A DNA stretch of 53,626 nucleotides, counting the filler, from Sphacelaria rigidula (taxonomy: Eukaryota): the NCBI GenBank assembly GCA_964200075.2. It is 4 parts of 4 records of this genome, joined end to end, with 100 filler letters (N's around TTAATTAATTAA, not from the genome) between each part and the next. Parts side by side here need not be neighbours in the genome. Positions count along the whole stretch, not along the records: positions 1 to 13,335 come from CAXNAA020002956.1; positions 13,436 to 26,768 come from CAXNAA020002957.1; 2 more parts are not named here. One strand, written 5' to 3'. The notes below the pieces were generated by a model, which was given only the letters and a program-made list of their open reading frames with translations, was not told where the DNA came from and ran no database searches. Positions 12,520 to 24,849 of the stretch are shown piece after piece. The translations under genes were made by a program, and so were the position numbers. How positions within the stretch are numbered: the stretch's first letter is position 1; every line of letters begins with the position of its first letter.

Positions 12520-12711
12520 GAAGTGACGATCGACGGTGAGCGTGTGCTGTCGCAGGCCGGCCCCAGCAAGCATCGGGTCGTGAACCAGGTCCGGTGCTTT
12601 TGGCGGCGACGCTGCCAGGGCTACGGGGCATCCGTCGCTGATGACGGAAGCCTCGAAGTATCGAACAAAACGGGACAGTTTGTTTACATGCTGGAGAGCC
12701 CTGGCCGTTAA
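12520..12711 (+). CDS. Probable terminal exon 5
   Basis: Acceptor CCACAG|, phase 0, GC-rich frame EVTIDGERVLSQAGPSKHRVV...ESPGR ending in TAA. Confidence 0.55.
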   Translation, partial: EVTIDGERVLSQAGPSKHRVVNQVRCFWRRRCQGYGASVADDGSLEVSNKTGQFVYMLESPGR

Positions 12712-13335
12712 AGTCGGTTCGAGTATCGTAGCACTACTATTTGCATACCGTACGAAGTAGCCTTGAACGAACGGACGACAGGCGATGGCCTATCCAGGGA
12801 AACCGTTTGACGTTTCACAGCCGTTCCGTCCGGCCTTGTCTTGTTATTGGAGTTGCGCCTTGATATTTTGTTTTTGGTACTGTATACTGCTGCGACAACG
12901 CTGCTTGCAGGTACTGCAGTCGATGTTTTGTAGACTCACGCAGAGCGTTGTGTTGCTCCTTTCATGTTGCGAGACCACTTGTTTCCGGCGAGGGGGGGAG
13001 GGGGGAGGGGAGAAATCAGGCGGATGTGATTTTGTGTCACGTTTGCTATGAATACAGACCCTGTATCTGCTCCAACGCCTGCTGGGTTACGCCGATAAGG
13101 GCCTAGGGTTTGTGCTCAATTCACGGATGTACTCTGAGAGGAACAGAGAGCTCGCTTGTTGTCACCTCGGGCGACAGGGCCCTCTTCCTTCATAAATATT
13201 GACAGCAAGCAGTGACTCTTGTGGTCAAGTCATGAACTTTTTTTCACAACAAGCTGTGACTCGAGTGCTCGCTCTATAGTAGTCAGCGTCAGAAGTTTTC
13301 AGAATTCGTAGTCGTCCTTTTTTCTGTGTTTTTCT

Positions 13336-13435
13336 NNNNNNNNNNNNNNNNNNNNNNNNNNNNNNNNNNNNNNNNNNNNTTAATTAATTAANNNNNNNNN
13401 NNNNNNNNNNNNNNNNNNNNNNNNNNNNNNNNNNN
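13336..13435. other. Artificial contig linker
   Basis: N44-TTAATTAATTAA-N44 (stops in all six frames). Confidence 0.99.
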
Positions 13436-13510
13436 GTGAGGAAAACACTGTTTTAGGCTTGAGCCTCATCTCGAAGTTAAACCTCAATTCGCACAATTTG
13501 CTGTTAACTA

Positions 13511-16430
13511 GCGTTGTACACGCGGGTTGGGTTCGCCGACCTTGGCAAGTTGCTCGAGTGCCCCATGATCCGTGTAGATTTCAAAGGGCACGTGAAACAG
13601 GTATTGTCGAAGGCGCTTAATGGCCCAGGTGATAACTCCGCCTTCCAGCTCTAACGGGCTCCAGTTGGCCTCATTGGGCAAGGTGGCGCGACTGATGTGG
13701 AGGAGAGGTCGAACAGAGCCATCAGCCTGAGGTTGATTCAAAACTGCTCCGAATCCGTCTGTGCTAGCGTCAGTGTGAAGTTGAAAAAGGCGAGAGCCGT
13801 CTTGCACTGCCTCCCAATCAGGGAAACAGAGGACCGGTTTTTCGGTAAGCGTTTTCAGCAATTCGCGGGTGATATTTTCCATCTCGGTGGTGAAGGAAAC
13901 ACGGCTCCTTTCTTGAGTAGCTCGGTGAGGGGGCGGCCCCGTTTAGATAAATTCGGCAAAAAAATGCGGTAGTAAGATAGCCCGCCCAACAATGAGCGAA
14001 GTTGAGAGATGTTAGTTGGCATCGGTAAGTCGGCCATAGCCCTGACTTTTTTCGTATCCGGATGTAGGCCTGCGGGCGAGATGGAATACCCCAAAAAATC
14101 CAAGTCAGTCGCGCCAAGGCGAGCTTTGGATGGGGACAGTTTCAAATCGTAAGTTCGCAGTCGAGAGAGAAATTCTCGCAGAGTGCGGACATGTGCAATA
14201 GGTGAGGCATCAAAAGCGATAGCGTCATCTAGGTACATGATAATGTGCTCGAGGCCCTCCGCAACGCGTTGCATGAAGCGTTGAAAGCGCCCTGGAACAG
14301 TGGCAGCGCCTTATGGCATTCGAAGCCACTCATAAAGCCCGGACGAGGTACAAAAAGCCGTAAGTGGAACTGTGTCAGGGTGGATAGCATTCTGGAAGAA
14401 TCTAGAAGCGAGGTCGAAGGTGCTGAATATTTTTCCTTCACCTAAGGAGTCGAAGACTTCATTAATGCGGGGGATTGGAAGTTTACCAATCACGGTGACG
14501 CGGTTCAACCGTTGGTAATTCACGGTGATTCGTATGTTTCCGCCCTTTTTAGGAACAACCACAAGTGGCGAGGCCCAAGGAGAAGAGGAATGTTGTATTA
14601 GTCCTGCTCCCAAATACGCATCCAAGATGGCGTTAATCTTTTTGGTAAGGATTGGGTTCGTCCTGTATGGTCGGGAAGAGATTGGCGTGACGCCGGGTTG
14701 GAGGGTAACCTCAAAGGGCAGTGTTTTGCAATGCCCAAGATGCGTCTTGGATCGGGAAAATCGGTCTTGGTACTCTAGCAGGACATCACTGAGTTCTTGG
14801 ATGACTGCCGGTTCCCAGCCGGGCCCATGAAGGTCGAAATTGATGTCGCGCATGTGTGGCGGCAGTTGGTTCCACATGTGCAAGAAACTATTCCGACAAT
14901 CTGGTGATAAGCGTTGAAGCACTTCAGCAGGAGGATCGGAATTTGACTGGGCAGGATCCACGGTGTGGACCTGGGGTGGAGTCGCGGAGGCAAGGTCGAA
15001 ATAGGGTTCATCGACACAATGGACTTACTCCGCCGGAGATGTGTCGTTTGGCGCGGCAGACTCTGTGACCCACGTCTCGAGTGGGATGTGCATCAGGGGA
15101 GCAGCGGCGATCCCTAAAACATCGCCGGGTTTCAAGTTAGCATGGCGCGTAAGAGGGAGGACTTGTTGTCTCGCCGACACAAAATGTTCTGTGTCGGCTG
15201 GGGCGCCAATACGGGATAACATTTCAGCAAGAAATGGCCCGTTAGTGCTGGCATACCATTTCGGCGAACTAGTGCAACTTCAAGAAGTTGGGGGTCGTCG
15301 GAGAGTGTAATACCCACGCTACCGTTATATCGTAGGGGGTAAGCAGCTCCGGTCGCTTGAGGATTCTTCTGATAAGCCAGGGGGCCGTGGAGAGTACCGA
15401 AGTGCTCGAGGTTGAATTCTCCACGCGGCGTGCGGTGAGTTCGTTTACCAAATCGCATATAGCTATCGCTGCCCAATAATATGGCGTGGTGCCAGACTGC
15501 CAGGCTGGCAGATCGAGTGGTGTTGGTGTTGTAAAAGAATTGTACACTGAGACGTACGGGTTTTCGTGTCGTCAGTGGCGCGGCAGAATCACTGAAACCG
15601 CCCCACACGCGAGGTTTGGTGGTGGTTTCGCAAGCTGCAGTAGCAGCGCCAGTCTGTTTCATGTGTTTCCATGTTGATTCTCGAATAAATGTTGGCCTGC
15701 CGCTGCCCAACAAAGATACGCATTTCGTAGGCGTGATAGCGTTTGGACCGGCATGGATCGAAACGCGAGTAGTGAAAGTGGCCGGATCTACAGACACTTT
15801 GCCGCCGACAAGATCCGGACCGTGTTCCGGCAAGGTAAACTGGTGAGGATCGGCGTGGCTGACAGCAAAAACAGAAGGCGGTTGGTCCGCCCTGCGAAAT
15901 CATAAATTATCGTCTTTGGTTGGCAGGGATCACCGCCTAAGGCAGATCCAGATTGTATGTACCTGGAGTCGTCCATTGAACAAGAAGAGGCGTCAGAAAT
16001 ATCTGATTCCGTTTTTTCCGTGATACTTGATAGGGCTGTCGAGCTCAAAGCCGTCGCATTTTGAAGGGATTGAGGTCAAGGATTTCCGCTCGAAAGAGGT
16101 GTACGTAGTGGTGCGCGCGCGTCGTTGGGGGCATGCTTACGGGGCTTTCTCTTTCGTCGTGACAAAGGGCGGGGAACTTCCAAAGTATTTGGGGATGAGA
16201 CCACAACTGCGTCCGGTCGGGTGGATGGGGTCAGCATCGGGGCATGATGGGGCGAAGCTTGTGAGCTGCTTTCCGTAGGCAAGCTTGGCGGGGGAGACAT
16301 GGCCGAAGGTATTCTGGGGCGGTTGTTATTTGAACCTGTCAAAGGTAGTTGTGCGCGGGTTAAAAATCGCGAGGAAGGAGCTCGATCCAGCTGATTGAGG
16401 ACGACACGATCCGATGTGGTCAAATTCAAA
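13511..16430 (-). pseudogene. pol: pol remnant (protease, RT, RNase H)
   Basis: Fragments with SSPWASPLVVVPKK, FSTFDLAS, YEWLRMP, MYLDD, LHTDAS, LELEGG. Several frameshifts; protease DSG has become GSG. Confidence 0.93.
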
Positions 16431-16772
16431 TCAGCAGCCCTGGGGTCAGCTGAAAAACACTTGTGACTACCTGTGCGTGCGGTCGCTGAGGGAAGCCGTT
16501 GGCTCAGAGACTGCCGGTTGATCTTCCCACACCTCAGACTTACACTCGGTACTGGAGGACCAAGTTCAGGGCCGGGTGTAGGTATAAGTCGCGGATTGAC
16601 ACAACTGTTACGCGGTGTGCGGAGGGGTGAAGTCGGGGGTCGAAATGAACGGCCGTCACTTGCGCTCCTGTATATTGCCGGGGGGGCCGGGCGAACACTC
16701 TTAGTCGCGGGCTCTGCGGGCTGTGTTGCAAAGTGAGTGGAGGCCGAAGATGGGGTTCGAGTTGAACGGCCG

Positions 16773-19700
16773 TCAGTTGCGCTCCTGTGCCGGGGGAGCC
16801 GGGCGAACACTTTTAGTTGCGGGCTCTGCGGGCTGTGTTGCAAAAATCTTCGAAAGTGCTGTCGGCGGCGCCGAAGACTTGAAAACGCCGGCGCTGTTGC
16901 GTCGTGGGTCTAAGCGATCCGAAGTGAAGGTACCAGGGTTTCTGGTGTTAGGGTTCGAGTTATGTGTCGGTCCCGTCCGCTGGTGTCTATCAGCGGAGCT
17001 ATGATTGGCGCGAGATGTATGATCTTGTTGGCGAGTGGCAGAACCGTGGTTGGTGTTTTGTCGGCGCGTGCGATTAGAGCGATTGTTGCCGCGGGTGTTC
17101 GAATGGTTGCGATTATTACCACTCGGAGCACGATAATCGTGAATTCGTTTTTGCCAGCGGCGCCACGCGGATTCATTGTCCTGTAGTTTAGGGTTCATGA
17201 GGTCGAATGCGTTGATGCGTGATTTGGTGCAATTGCGCATGCTGTGGCCTTGTGCTTTGCAATCGATACATCTGTTGGCGTGGCGACCAAAAGCGTCTTG
17301 TCGAGCCGAATAAGACAGAAGCGGGTTCCACAAATGGGGGTCATCTGTGTCAAAAGCTGTCGTAGAAGTCAAATAAACATCGTCCCATGTCTCGGCAGAG
17401 TACGGCCATCCGTCAAAACTCGCGCGGAAAGGGTCTTTGTTTCTTTCAACATTCATTACTGAACCGGCGACAGAGTCGGGGGTCCATGTACTACGAGGTG
17501 AACTCGGGTTCCGTCCGCGAGACCCGTAGGTGTTCGCGGAGGAGACAGCGGCAGGCTGTGAACGCGAAGACGAATATTTGTCACCCCGAATGGCGGGAGC
17601 GAGGTTGCTTTCTTGGTGGACGAAAGCCGTTCACATCGCATCAACAGAGGCGTAAGGCACCTCGCAATGTGCTAAGGCACCCGGAAACAACGACGGTATC
17701 AATGCCGGAAACTGCTCGGAGACGCTCGTACGGACATATGACTGACACATATAATCGGAAGGCCCGCTCTGGCGGCCAGTTCCCAAGGTGCTGGATACCA
17801 ACAACTTAAACTGCCGAAGGTAGTCGGCGAAACTAACGTTGGTGGCTACACCAAACGAGCTTAAACGTTGTATGGAGCTATCCTGTGTGCTCCGATCAAA
17901 GTAACCGGTCAAGCGCCGCTCCAGATTACTGAGTATTGTTAGGCCAGGTCGCCCCGAGGCACGGTCCGAATCCATCGTTGTGATGAATCCGTCGATGATC
18001 TGCGTCAGTGAAGAGGCACGGTCAGGCGAGCGGCGAGAGATGGTGCGATGTAAGGCTTTGTGAAGCGGGGTCTGCCAACCATCAACCCAAACGGGACTTC
18101 CGAACCGCTGTACACCCGTGCGATCCGCTAATTGCAGAATGTTGCGTACAGTATGGCGGATGGATTGAATAAGACTCGACGTAAACTGTCTAGAGTCCTC
18201 ATTGTCTGCCGCAGGCATGGTGTTAATATGCCATAGTTTCTTGACGTCCATCTGTATGTACTCTCTGTATGACAGCCACGCGAGCAGCTTCAACTTTGGC
18301 AGCTGCTGTAGCTTCACGTTTTGCCGTCTATGCTTGGCTAACAGCGGCGGCAGCTCAAGCCCGGGCCGAGGTTGAAGCTGAAGGTCGATCTTTATCATCC
18401 GTGTCAGACAAACCTGATATCTCGCGGGAAACGTCAGCTAAACGAGGGGTGTCTTGCCTAACGTTGATGGACTTCACAGGAGGGGGGTCCGTTGACGACC
18501 CATCTCTGTTTCGAGGCCTTCGAGAAGAACTGTCCGACGAGCCCGAGCCCAGGCGCGTCCAATTTGCGTGGTGAGCAGCACGGTTAGTCCGCCGGCTGTT
18601 GGCGCCTCGACGTCCTCCGCCGCTGGACCCGGAGCCGTCACGGCGGCCGCCTCGTCCGCCACCCTGACGATCATCAGGATCGTTGTTGCCTTTAGGCGGG
18701 CGGCAGTTGGCGGTGACCGGAGCCCATCCATCATCGTCATCGTCGTGGTCGTCGTCCGCAGAAGTGCCGGACTGAAAGGCGTTCCGGAGAGCCTGTAAAA
18801 GGTTATGGGCCGCCTTCTTGTATACGCCGGCGCCGCTGTTGGGACCCGTGGTGGCATAGGCCACCAGCTGGGCGAGAGTGAGGTCATGGGGGTCCTTAAC
18901 CGGGAGTGGCCCGCCCTGGTCAATGTATGGACCTAACGCGACCAGAGCGCTGTAGTGGATGGCATCCCAGGCAGTCCGTGAGCTCTGCAGGGGGTTCTTG
19001 ATGGAAAACGTTCCAGAGAAGTCCCGAACCGTATGCACTAGCCAGGTGGCCTCGTGGGGAGCGAGAGAAAGGTCGGGGGTGGCTGCAGGGGCGGCATCGG
19101 GGAAGCCGATATCTTGTTTGCGGGGGATGTGATACCCGGCAGTTGGCAAAGATCTTGAGCCTGATGACGTGGTGCCCACGGTGGTCCGCTATGCGGGCGG
19201 AGAAGAGTAGAGCGACGTGGCGCGTGTGGGCGAGGTCTGATGTGCCGAAAGCAGATTTTTCGCCGACATGGTGTGCTCCGCGGTACGGTCTATGTGGGCC
19301 GCCAGTTCGGCAGCCTTCCGCTTCCAGTCGGCCATTACCGATTGATGTCCTGCTTGAGCACGGAGGGCGGCGGATTGTGCTGCTGCGGCGGTAGAGGAGT
19401 TCCGCTGCAGATTTGCTTGTTTCGTGGCGTATTCCTCCCGAAGAAGGCGGATTGCAGTTTCGTCGGCACTATCTTCGGCCGCGGGAGGCGGGGTCGGCGC
19501 CGGGGTGGCCGCCGGCTGGTTCGGCATGGCCGGCCCCGGGGGGGCAGCTCGGTACAGAGCGATGATCTCGTCTTGCCGGATTCTATCATGCTCGAGAAAA
19601 ATGCACTGGAGGTACCCCCTGGGGCAAAACTCCGCCGGAGGTCGTGGCTGCGGGGGACCGTTGGCCGTGGAGGGCTTCGCGGTCTGGCCGCCGCTAGCGG

Positions 19701-21167
19701 TCGTGAGTGTTGCCGCAGGCACGGCGGTCTCAGAAGAGACAGCGGTTGTGGCGGCGGCAGAGGCGGTCGACACCAAAGGGGCAGCCTTCCCGGCGGCCGA
19801 GGGTGCCGTAGTGGCGCGCTTGGCGGCGGAAGGAGAAGCCGGAGTAGGGGTCGTTGCCGCCGAAGGCGTAACTAATGTCTGTTTGGCCGACATGATCTGT
19901 AGAAGGGAGTGTTGTATGTCCGAGACCTGCTGTTGGAGCGTACAGATAGTCACGGCATCGACAGCTGCGCGGGATGGGACATTGCGGTTAGATCGAGCTC
20001 GTGTTCGATGACGCCGGGGTGCATGAAAGGAATTGTCACTAGCTTTTTCAATCAAGGAAGCTGGGTCCGATGATAAATTGGAGAGAATATCTCTGACATC
20101 TTCCACATGCACGGTGTCATTATGACGTGAGGGTTGTCGATGTTGCAAACGTCGGGTAGACGGAACGCGACTACTTGAGTGACTGTGGCTGGATGATTGT
20201 CTAGAGCCACGCGAAGAGCGGTGGCCGTGGCCTGTGCTACCCCCATGGGAGTAGCTGTCACTGTCAGATTTATGACGTCGATTAGAAGTAGAATGTTCTA
20301 CGGCACAGGCTCGTCGTCCGTAGGGAGCGGAGAATAGGCGAGAGTGATTTCCATCTCGGCTTCCTCGCGGAGACTGCGCAGCTCGCGTAAGGATCAAAGT
20401 GGTATCAGTGCGAGCTGCAGTAGTCGCGGTATTGCGAGCGCCGCGGGCGACCTGCGCGTAAGAGGGGCGCGCCTGAGGCTGTGGCGTATCGCCGTAGAAA
20501 GTTTTGAGCGCTGTGAAAAGTTGTGCACCTGAATCGTCAGAGGAGCCAGGTGGGGAATTGACAGAGTTCTGAAGAGCCGAAATCAGGGCCTCAATCATGG
20601 TGCCGGGACCAGATGGCGGGGTGTGGCGCGTTGGACTCTCAGATGTCGTCAATTGAGGGCTACCAACACGAGCAGCACCCGTAGACGGGTTTCGAGCTCC
20701 GGAAGCGGATCGCTTCGTTTCCGAACTGGACGCTCTTACCGAAACCGCCGTCCGAGGCTCACCTGAAGGTGTCTTCTGAGCCACGGATCCTAAAACGGCA
20801 TCGGTGGGAGCATGCCTCAGCACGAGGGGCGCATCGGCACTAGCCGGCATCGAATCGTCACGGGATGGTACGTCGTGGATGGTGTCGGAACGTCACGGGA
20901 TGTTACATCGTGGATTATGGGAGTTGCAGTCGCAACCGCTGTAGAGCCGTCACGGGATGTTACGTCGTGAGGCCTGCTCGTACTTGTAGGCTTCTGGCCG
21001 TCAAGTCTTGTAGGGGGCGCAGTGCTCTTCAGATGCTGTTGAAGAGCGGACGGTGGAGTATCTTCCTTCCCACTGTGGCGGAGACGATTCAAAGTTTGAC
21101 TGCGTGTACGGTGGAACCGTTTGTCGCTCGACCCCGGGGAGGAAACGAGGCTAATGGGTTGCGACAT
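16773..21167 (-). pseudogene. gag: Very long gag-like region
   Basis: Consecutive ORF pieces from the ATG at 21167; CCHC knuckle CIDCKAQGHSMRNC at 17229-17270; core homologous to 28502-30857. Confidence 0.85.
20857..20969 (-). repeat. Three copies of GTCACGGGATG.TAC.TCGTG (peptide HDVTSRD-like) near the gag N-terminus
   Basis: Seen directly three times. Confidence 0.8.
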
Positions 21168-21170
21168 ACT

Positions 21171-21184
21171 GGGGGAAGGAGGAG
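21171..21184 (+). other. Inverted polypurine tract at the PBS position of copy 1
   Basis: GGGGGAAGGAGGAG followed by TACAGAAA on +. On the element strand this reads ...TTTCTGTA|CTCCTCCTTCCCCC AGT ATG(gag). Confidence 0.6.
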
Positions 21185-22155
21185 TACAGAAATATCGAAC
21201 TTACGGTCCGACAAATCTAGAACAGTAATAAGACGATTTCGCCCGATTTACGCAAGGTGCGCAATGGCAAGCAAGTAGGGGCAAGGATAGCCTGTTACCT
21301 GTACCAAACCCCTGCCCCCCGACTACGTGCTGACCAGGATTAACGTATACTGGACTAATGCCGAGATAGCTCCTCACGAAAAGTGCACCGGAGACCGTCC
21401 AACAAACCGGCTGCGATCCCACTATTGGGCTCGTTTGCAGAAATTCCATGCACATGAGAGGCGTGTAGCAGTCCAAAATCAGCTATAACGCCCAAATGAG
21501 TCATGTCGTGCAGCACAATACCAGCTGTCACGGCATTCATGGTCGTCGCCTCCGTGCACTTTTTTGGCCGGTTCGGAGGGGGGCTATCTCGGTAGCAGTC
21601 ACTGCGCGTTTAGCCGGGTTCTTCCTCTTGTCCGATGTACGTTCGACTACTGCCCGCCACGGCGTCGAGCATCGCCTGTCGACCACCTCTCTGTGGCACG
21701 GTGGAGATAACATCAACTTGACTCTCTGCGTTAAACGCGTCCCACGTCAGATACAACAAGGGGCATGTCTTGCTGACCCGCATGTACAACGCGGCGCGAG
21801 GTCGACAAACTTCTTTTCCCGGAGCTAGTATCTGCGTTAGTTGACGGTTGGTCGCCACCAAAACCAATTTAACGTATTGGTCTTCCTTTTCCTGGTGAGA
21901 AAGGGAGGCGATAGCTTCCTCCAGTGTGTCGTGAACAATGAGCGGGCCCCACACCGGGATATCTAGGTAGGCTAGCGCCGCAGCTGACTGAGGCGTCTTG
22001 GCAAACAACTCGTCGACACCGTTCCTGTCAGAATGCTGGAAGACGAGGTCAAACAGGAGGGGTGGGGCGAACGTAACATCTAGGATCATTACAAGGTCGG
22101 GCACAAAATGCAAGAAACAAAAAAGCTTGTGCAAACCCAGTATAACGGAAGGAAC

Positions 22156-22523
22156 TGTGACGAAATTACGCCGTTACGCTGAGTTGGTGGTGATGATCTG
22201 GATAATGATCGGGGGCACGGGGATTTGGGAGGAATCTGGGAGGATTTTACAAGGATCCTAGATAATGACCGGGGACACGGGGATGGTACCCTGACGGGTC
22301 TATGAGGCTGTGTTTGCAAGGGCACTCCAGATAATGAAATGTTGTGAAGGCCGACAATCGACAGTGAGGGCAGTGAGACTGGGGAGCCCCTAAAAGCAGT
22401 GATCCAGCCGTTTTGCCTCTGGCTGGCGTCGCAATATCGGCATTAGTGCTAGTACCTAACGAAACCTGCTGGAAGAATCTCAGCGGAAGAGTCTGGAAGC
22501 TGGGGTCAACCTGATTCATCACG
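22156..22523 (+). mobile_element. Probable 5' LTR of a second LTR-retrotransposon family
   Basis: Begins TGTGACGAA, ends TTCATCACG (imperfect terminal IR), has an internal short duplication, and lies just upstream of a gag remnant. Confidence 0.45.
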
Positions 22524-22723
22524 AAAGCGTGGAGGGGGTTCAGCCTGAGGTAGCTGCAGAAAGGCGGCTGGCCTGTGACTGATTCAGACTTGAGGTTTGC
22601 TGAAGCTGGGTGCAGTTTGGAGGCTCCTACGATTGTGTGGTGCGGCGATGCAGGAAGGGTGTTGTGTGCAATTCGCGACGGCCCGCTGGCCTGCGAAAGG
22701 TTCGTAGGTAGCCGGCTGCTGCT

Positions 22724-23510
22724 GTGGCGACCGGCTCGCGTGCTGCGTCCAGCGTTACGCCCGTGGTTATGCGGGAAGAGTTGCGACCTCCCCAATACAG
22801 GGAAAAGTGCTCCGAGAGTGCATCTCGCACTTTCTATGTCAAGTGTTTGGAGTACAAGAAGCGTGTGGAGCACGCTAATGGAGGGGGTGCTGTGCGACAT
22901 CATCAGGTGGTTTCGATTACTCAACAAGTGCCAACGCATGTGCAGAGAGTGTTTGCTCGTGTGGAACATGATGAGAGCACAATCACCCCGCCGCAATTGA
23001 TTGCGGCGATCAAAAGGCATGCTGGGCATGCAGCGGGCGCCGAGGTGGAGCTGACCCAAGCGTCCGCGGCCGCGGCGAAAGCTGTCGCCATGGGGTCTCG
23101 GGAAAGACGGTGCTGGAGCGGGTGGAGCCAATCTTGTCCCATCTGAAGCAGAACTTCACAGAAAATCCGAACGTTGAACTAGTATATCGTTCCCCCGATG
23201 GAGAGTTCATTCCCGGCCCGGCTGCAGTAATCACCAAGGCTTTGGCGGAAGGGTTTGCGCTGGCAAAATTTAAGCAAGCCGTGCCTGTCAAGTTGCAGCA
23301 CGAGACCAGTTGGAAGGCCGACCCATACCTGGTAATGTACACCGTTGTGGCCGAGGTCAAGGAGTGGTGGAAGATAGAGGTGTTCAGCCAGTCGTCCACC
23401 TCCTCGCCGAAGTCTTTGCGCCACCACGGCTCGAAATCAGTCGGCCGCACCGCGACCATCACTTGCCACCGCTGTGGCTAGGTCGGCCATTACGCGCGCG
23501 ATTTCGCAAC
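22724..23510 (+). pseudogene. gag: gag-like remnant (second family)
   Basis: Two frameshifted ORFs ending in a decayed zinc knuckle CHRCG*VGHYARD(F). Confidence 0.7.
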
Positions 23511-24849
23511 GTCTTCCGGTGGGGAGTCTGGGCAGTCTAATGCCGCGCGCCATCAGCATCGTCAGCACAAGTGTTGTGGTATGGCGACGAGGTGATACGG
23601 GCATCACTCTCAAGGAGCAAGTACAGTCGGGGGTTGCAATGTGCAATCAGCCGACTGAGGTGACAGCTGCAGTCGAATGGAGAAACACTCCAACTCGTAG
23701 CTTCTAGACCATCGAGTCCGAGCCAGTACTATATCACGAGGCAAAACATAGACTCACTTTCACGTGGAGAGAAGTGCTCTTGACTTGCTTGCGAGCAAAA
23801 TGTCTCCAAGTGGTGGCTGATAGCTTTGTTATTAGGCTTGGCTACTAGGTAGCTAGAACCGAAGTTGCTAGGTATTTGGAAGTTGTGACAGACCGGGTGG
23901 GCAACACATCAAAACGGAAACATAACGCTACTATGCGAATGGAGTACGGCCTATTGTACACGCCACGGGGGCTTCAAAACGCCTGCTACATGTACGGCCT
24001 ATATCCGCCGGAACATCCCCCTCCCTTGCTTTGTGCACGCTGCTAATGGAAGGTGAGGAAAATCACAGCAATACACTCCGGGGGTAATTCCCTCAAGTCT
24101 GCATGCCATCAGCCTAACATCACGTCAACGACGAGAAAACCGTAGAATTTCGGGGCTAAGAATAACCGCGGGAAAACCTCGTCATGAAATCGTAAGGGTG
24201 GGCAAAACCTGGTATTCAGGGAAAATCCTCGTCGCTTGGGGACAAAACTCTCTCACACCCTGTCAGATCATGGTGACTTCTTTCTCGCGTGCCATGTCTT
24301 CCCGGGACCTCAGTTAGACTGGGGGACAGAAACCACCGAAAATAGAACAAACTATTTTCAGATAGTAACGGCGCTTTGACACCCCTGATTGGTTACACCA
24401 ATCCTGGGTAGTGTAGGACTCGCAAAGAGCTGGCCCACTAAAAAAAAAAAACGAAGTGCTTACTGGTAGATGGGAGCGCTGCACGCTTTTTCTCCTATCG
24501 ACCAGTAGCTGCTAACCTACTGGACACTCGGAGACTACATCGTAGATCAACATTTCAGTCACGATACAGTGTCCCAGCAGGTACTCGGCGCCCACCCTTT
24601 TTTACAGTGTTGACGCATGAACATTTCTACATGAGAAGGGTGGAGCGCCTTCAAGTCGGATCAACGTTCCCCAAGGAAAAACGAATGTGATGAACGGACC
24701 GGGTACCTGAAACCAAGGGTAGGATTAGGTCAACAAAATTATGGGGAAAAAAACGACATATGATCTCCATGGAATGCAAGACCGGAAAAAACGAAAAGAG
24801 TGGAGCAACATCGACCCCGCGAAATCCATCAGCGATTGAACGTCTCAGG

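Larger units (their letters stand above)
13511..21310 (-). mobile_element. Ty3/Gypsy LTR retrotransposon, copy 1 (decayed, truncated after RNase H)
   Basis: Order gag(CCHC)-PR-RT(YLDD)-RNase H on the minus strand, collinear with copy 2. Includes the 3' part of the putative 5' LTR (21185 to at least ~21310); the outer LTR boundary was not found. Confidence 0.95.

Noticed and set aside
13380-13391. TTAATTAATTAA as a biological site
   Set aside because: Identical in all three N gaps; a six-frame stop linker.
19240-20011. Long plus-strand ORFs antisense to gag (similarly 22247-23131, 26821-27399, 34541-34999)
   Set aside because: Shadow frames of GC-rich coding sequence with no independent motifs.
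24436-24609. CACTA/EnSpm MITE (CACTAAAAA...TTTTTACAGTG)
   Set aside because: TIR match is short and mostly poly-A; no TSD.
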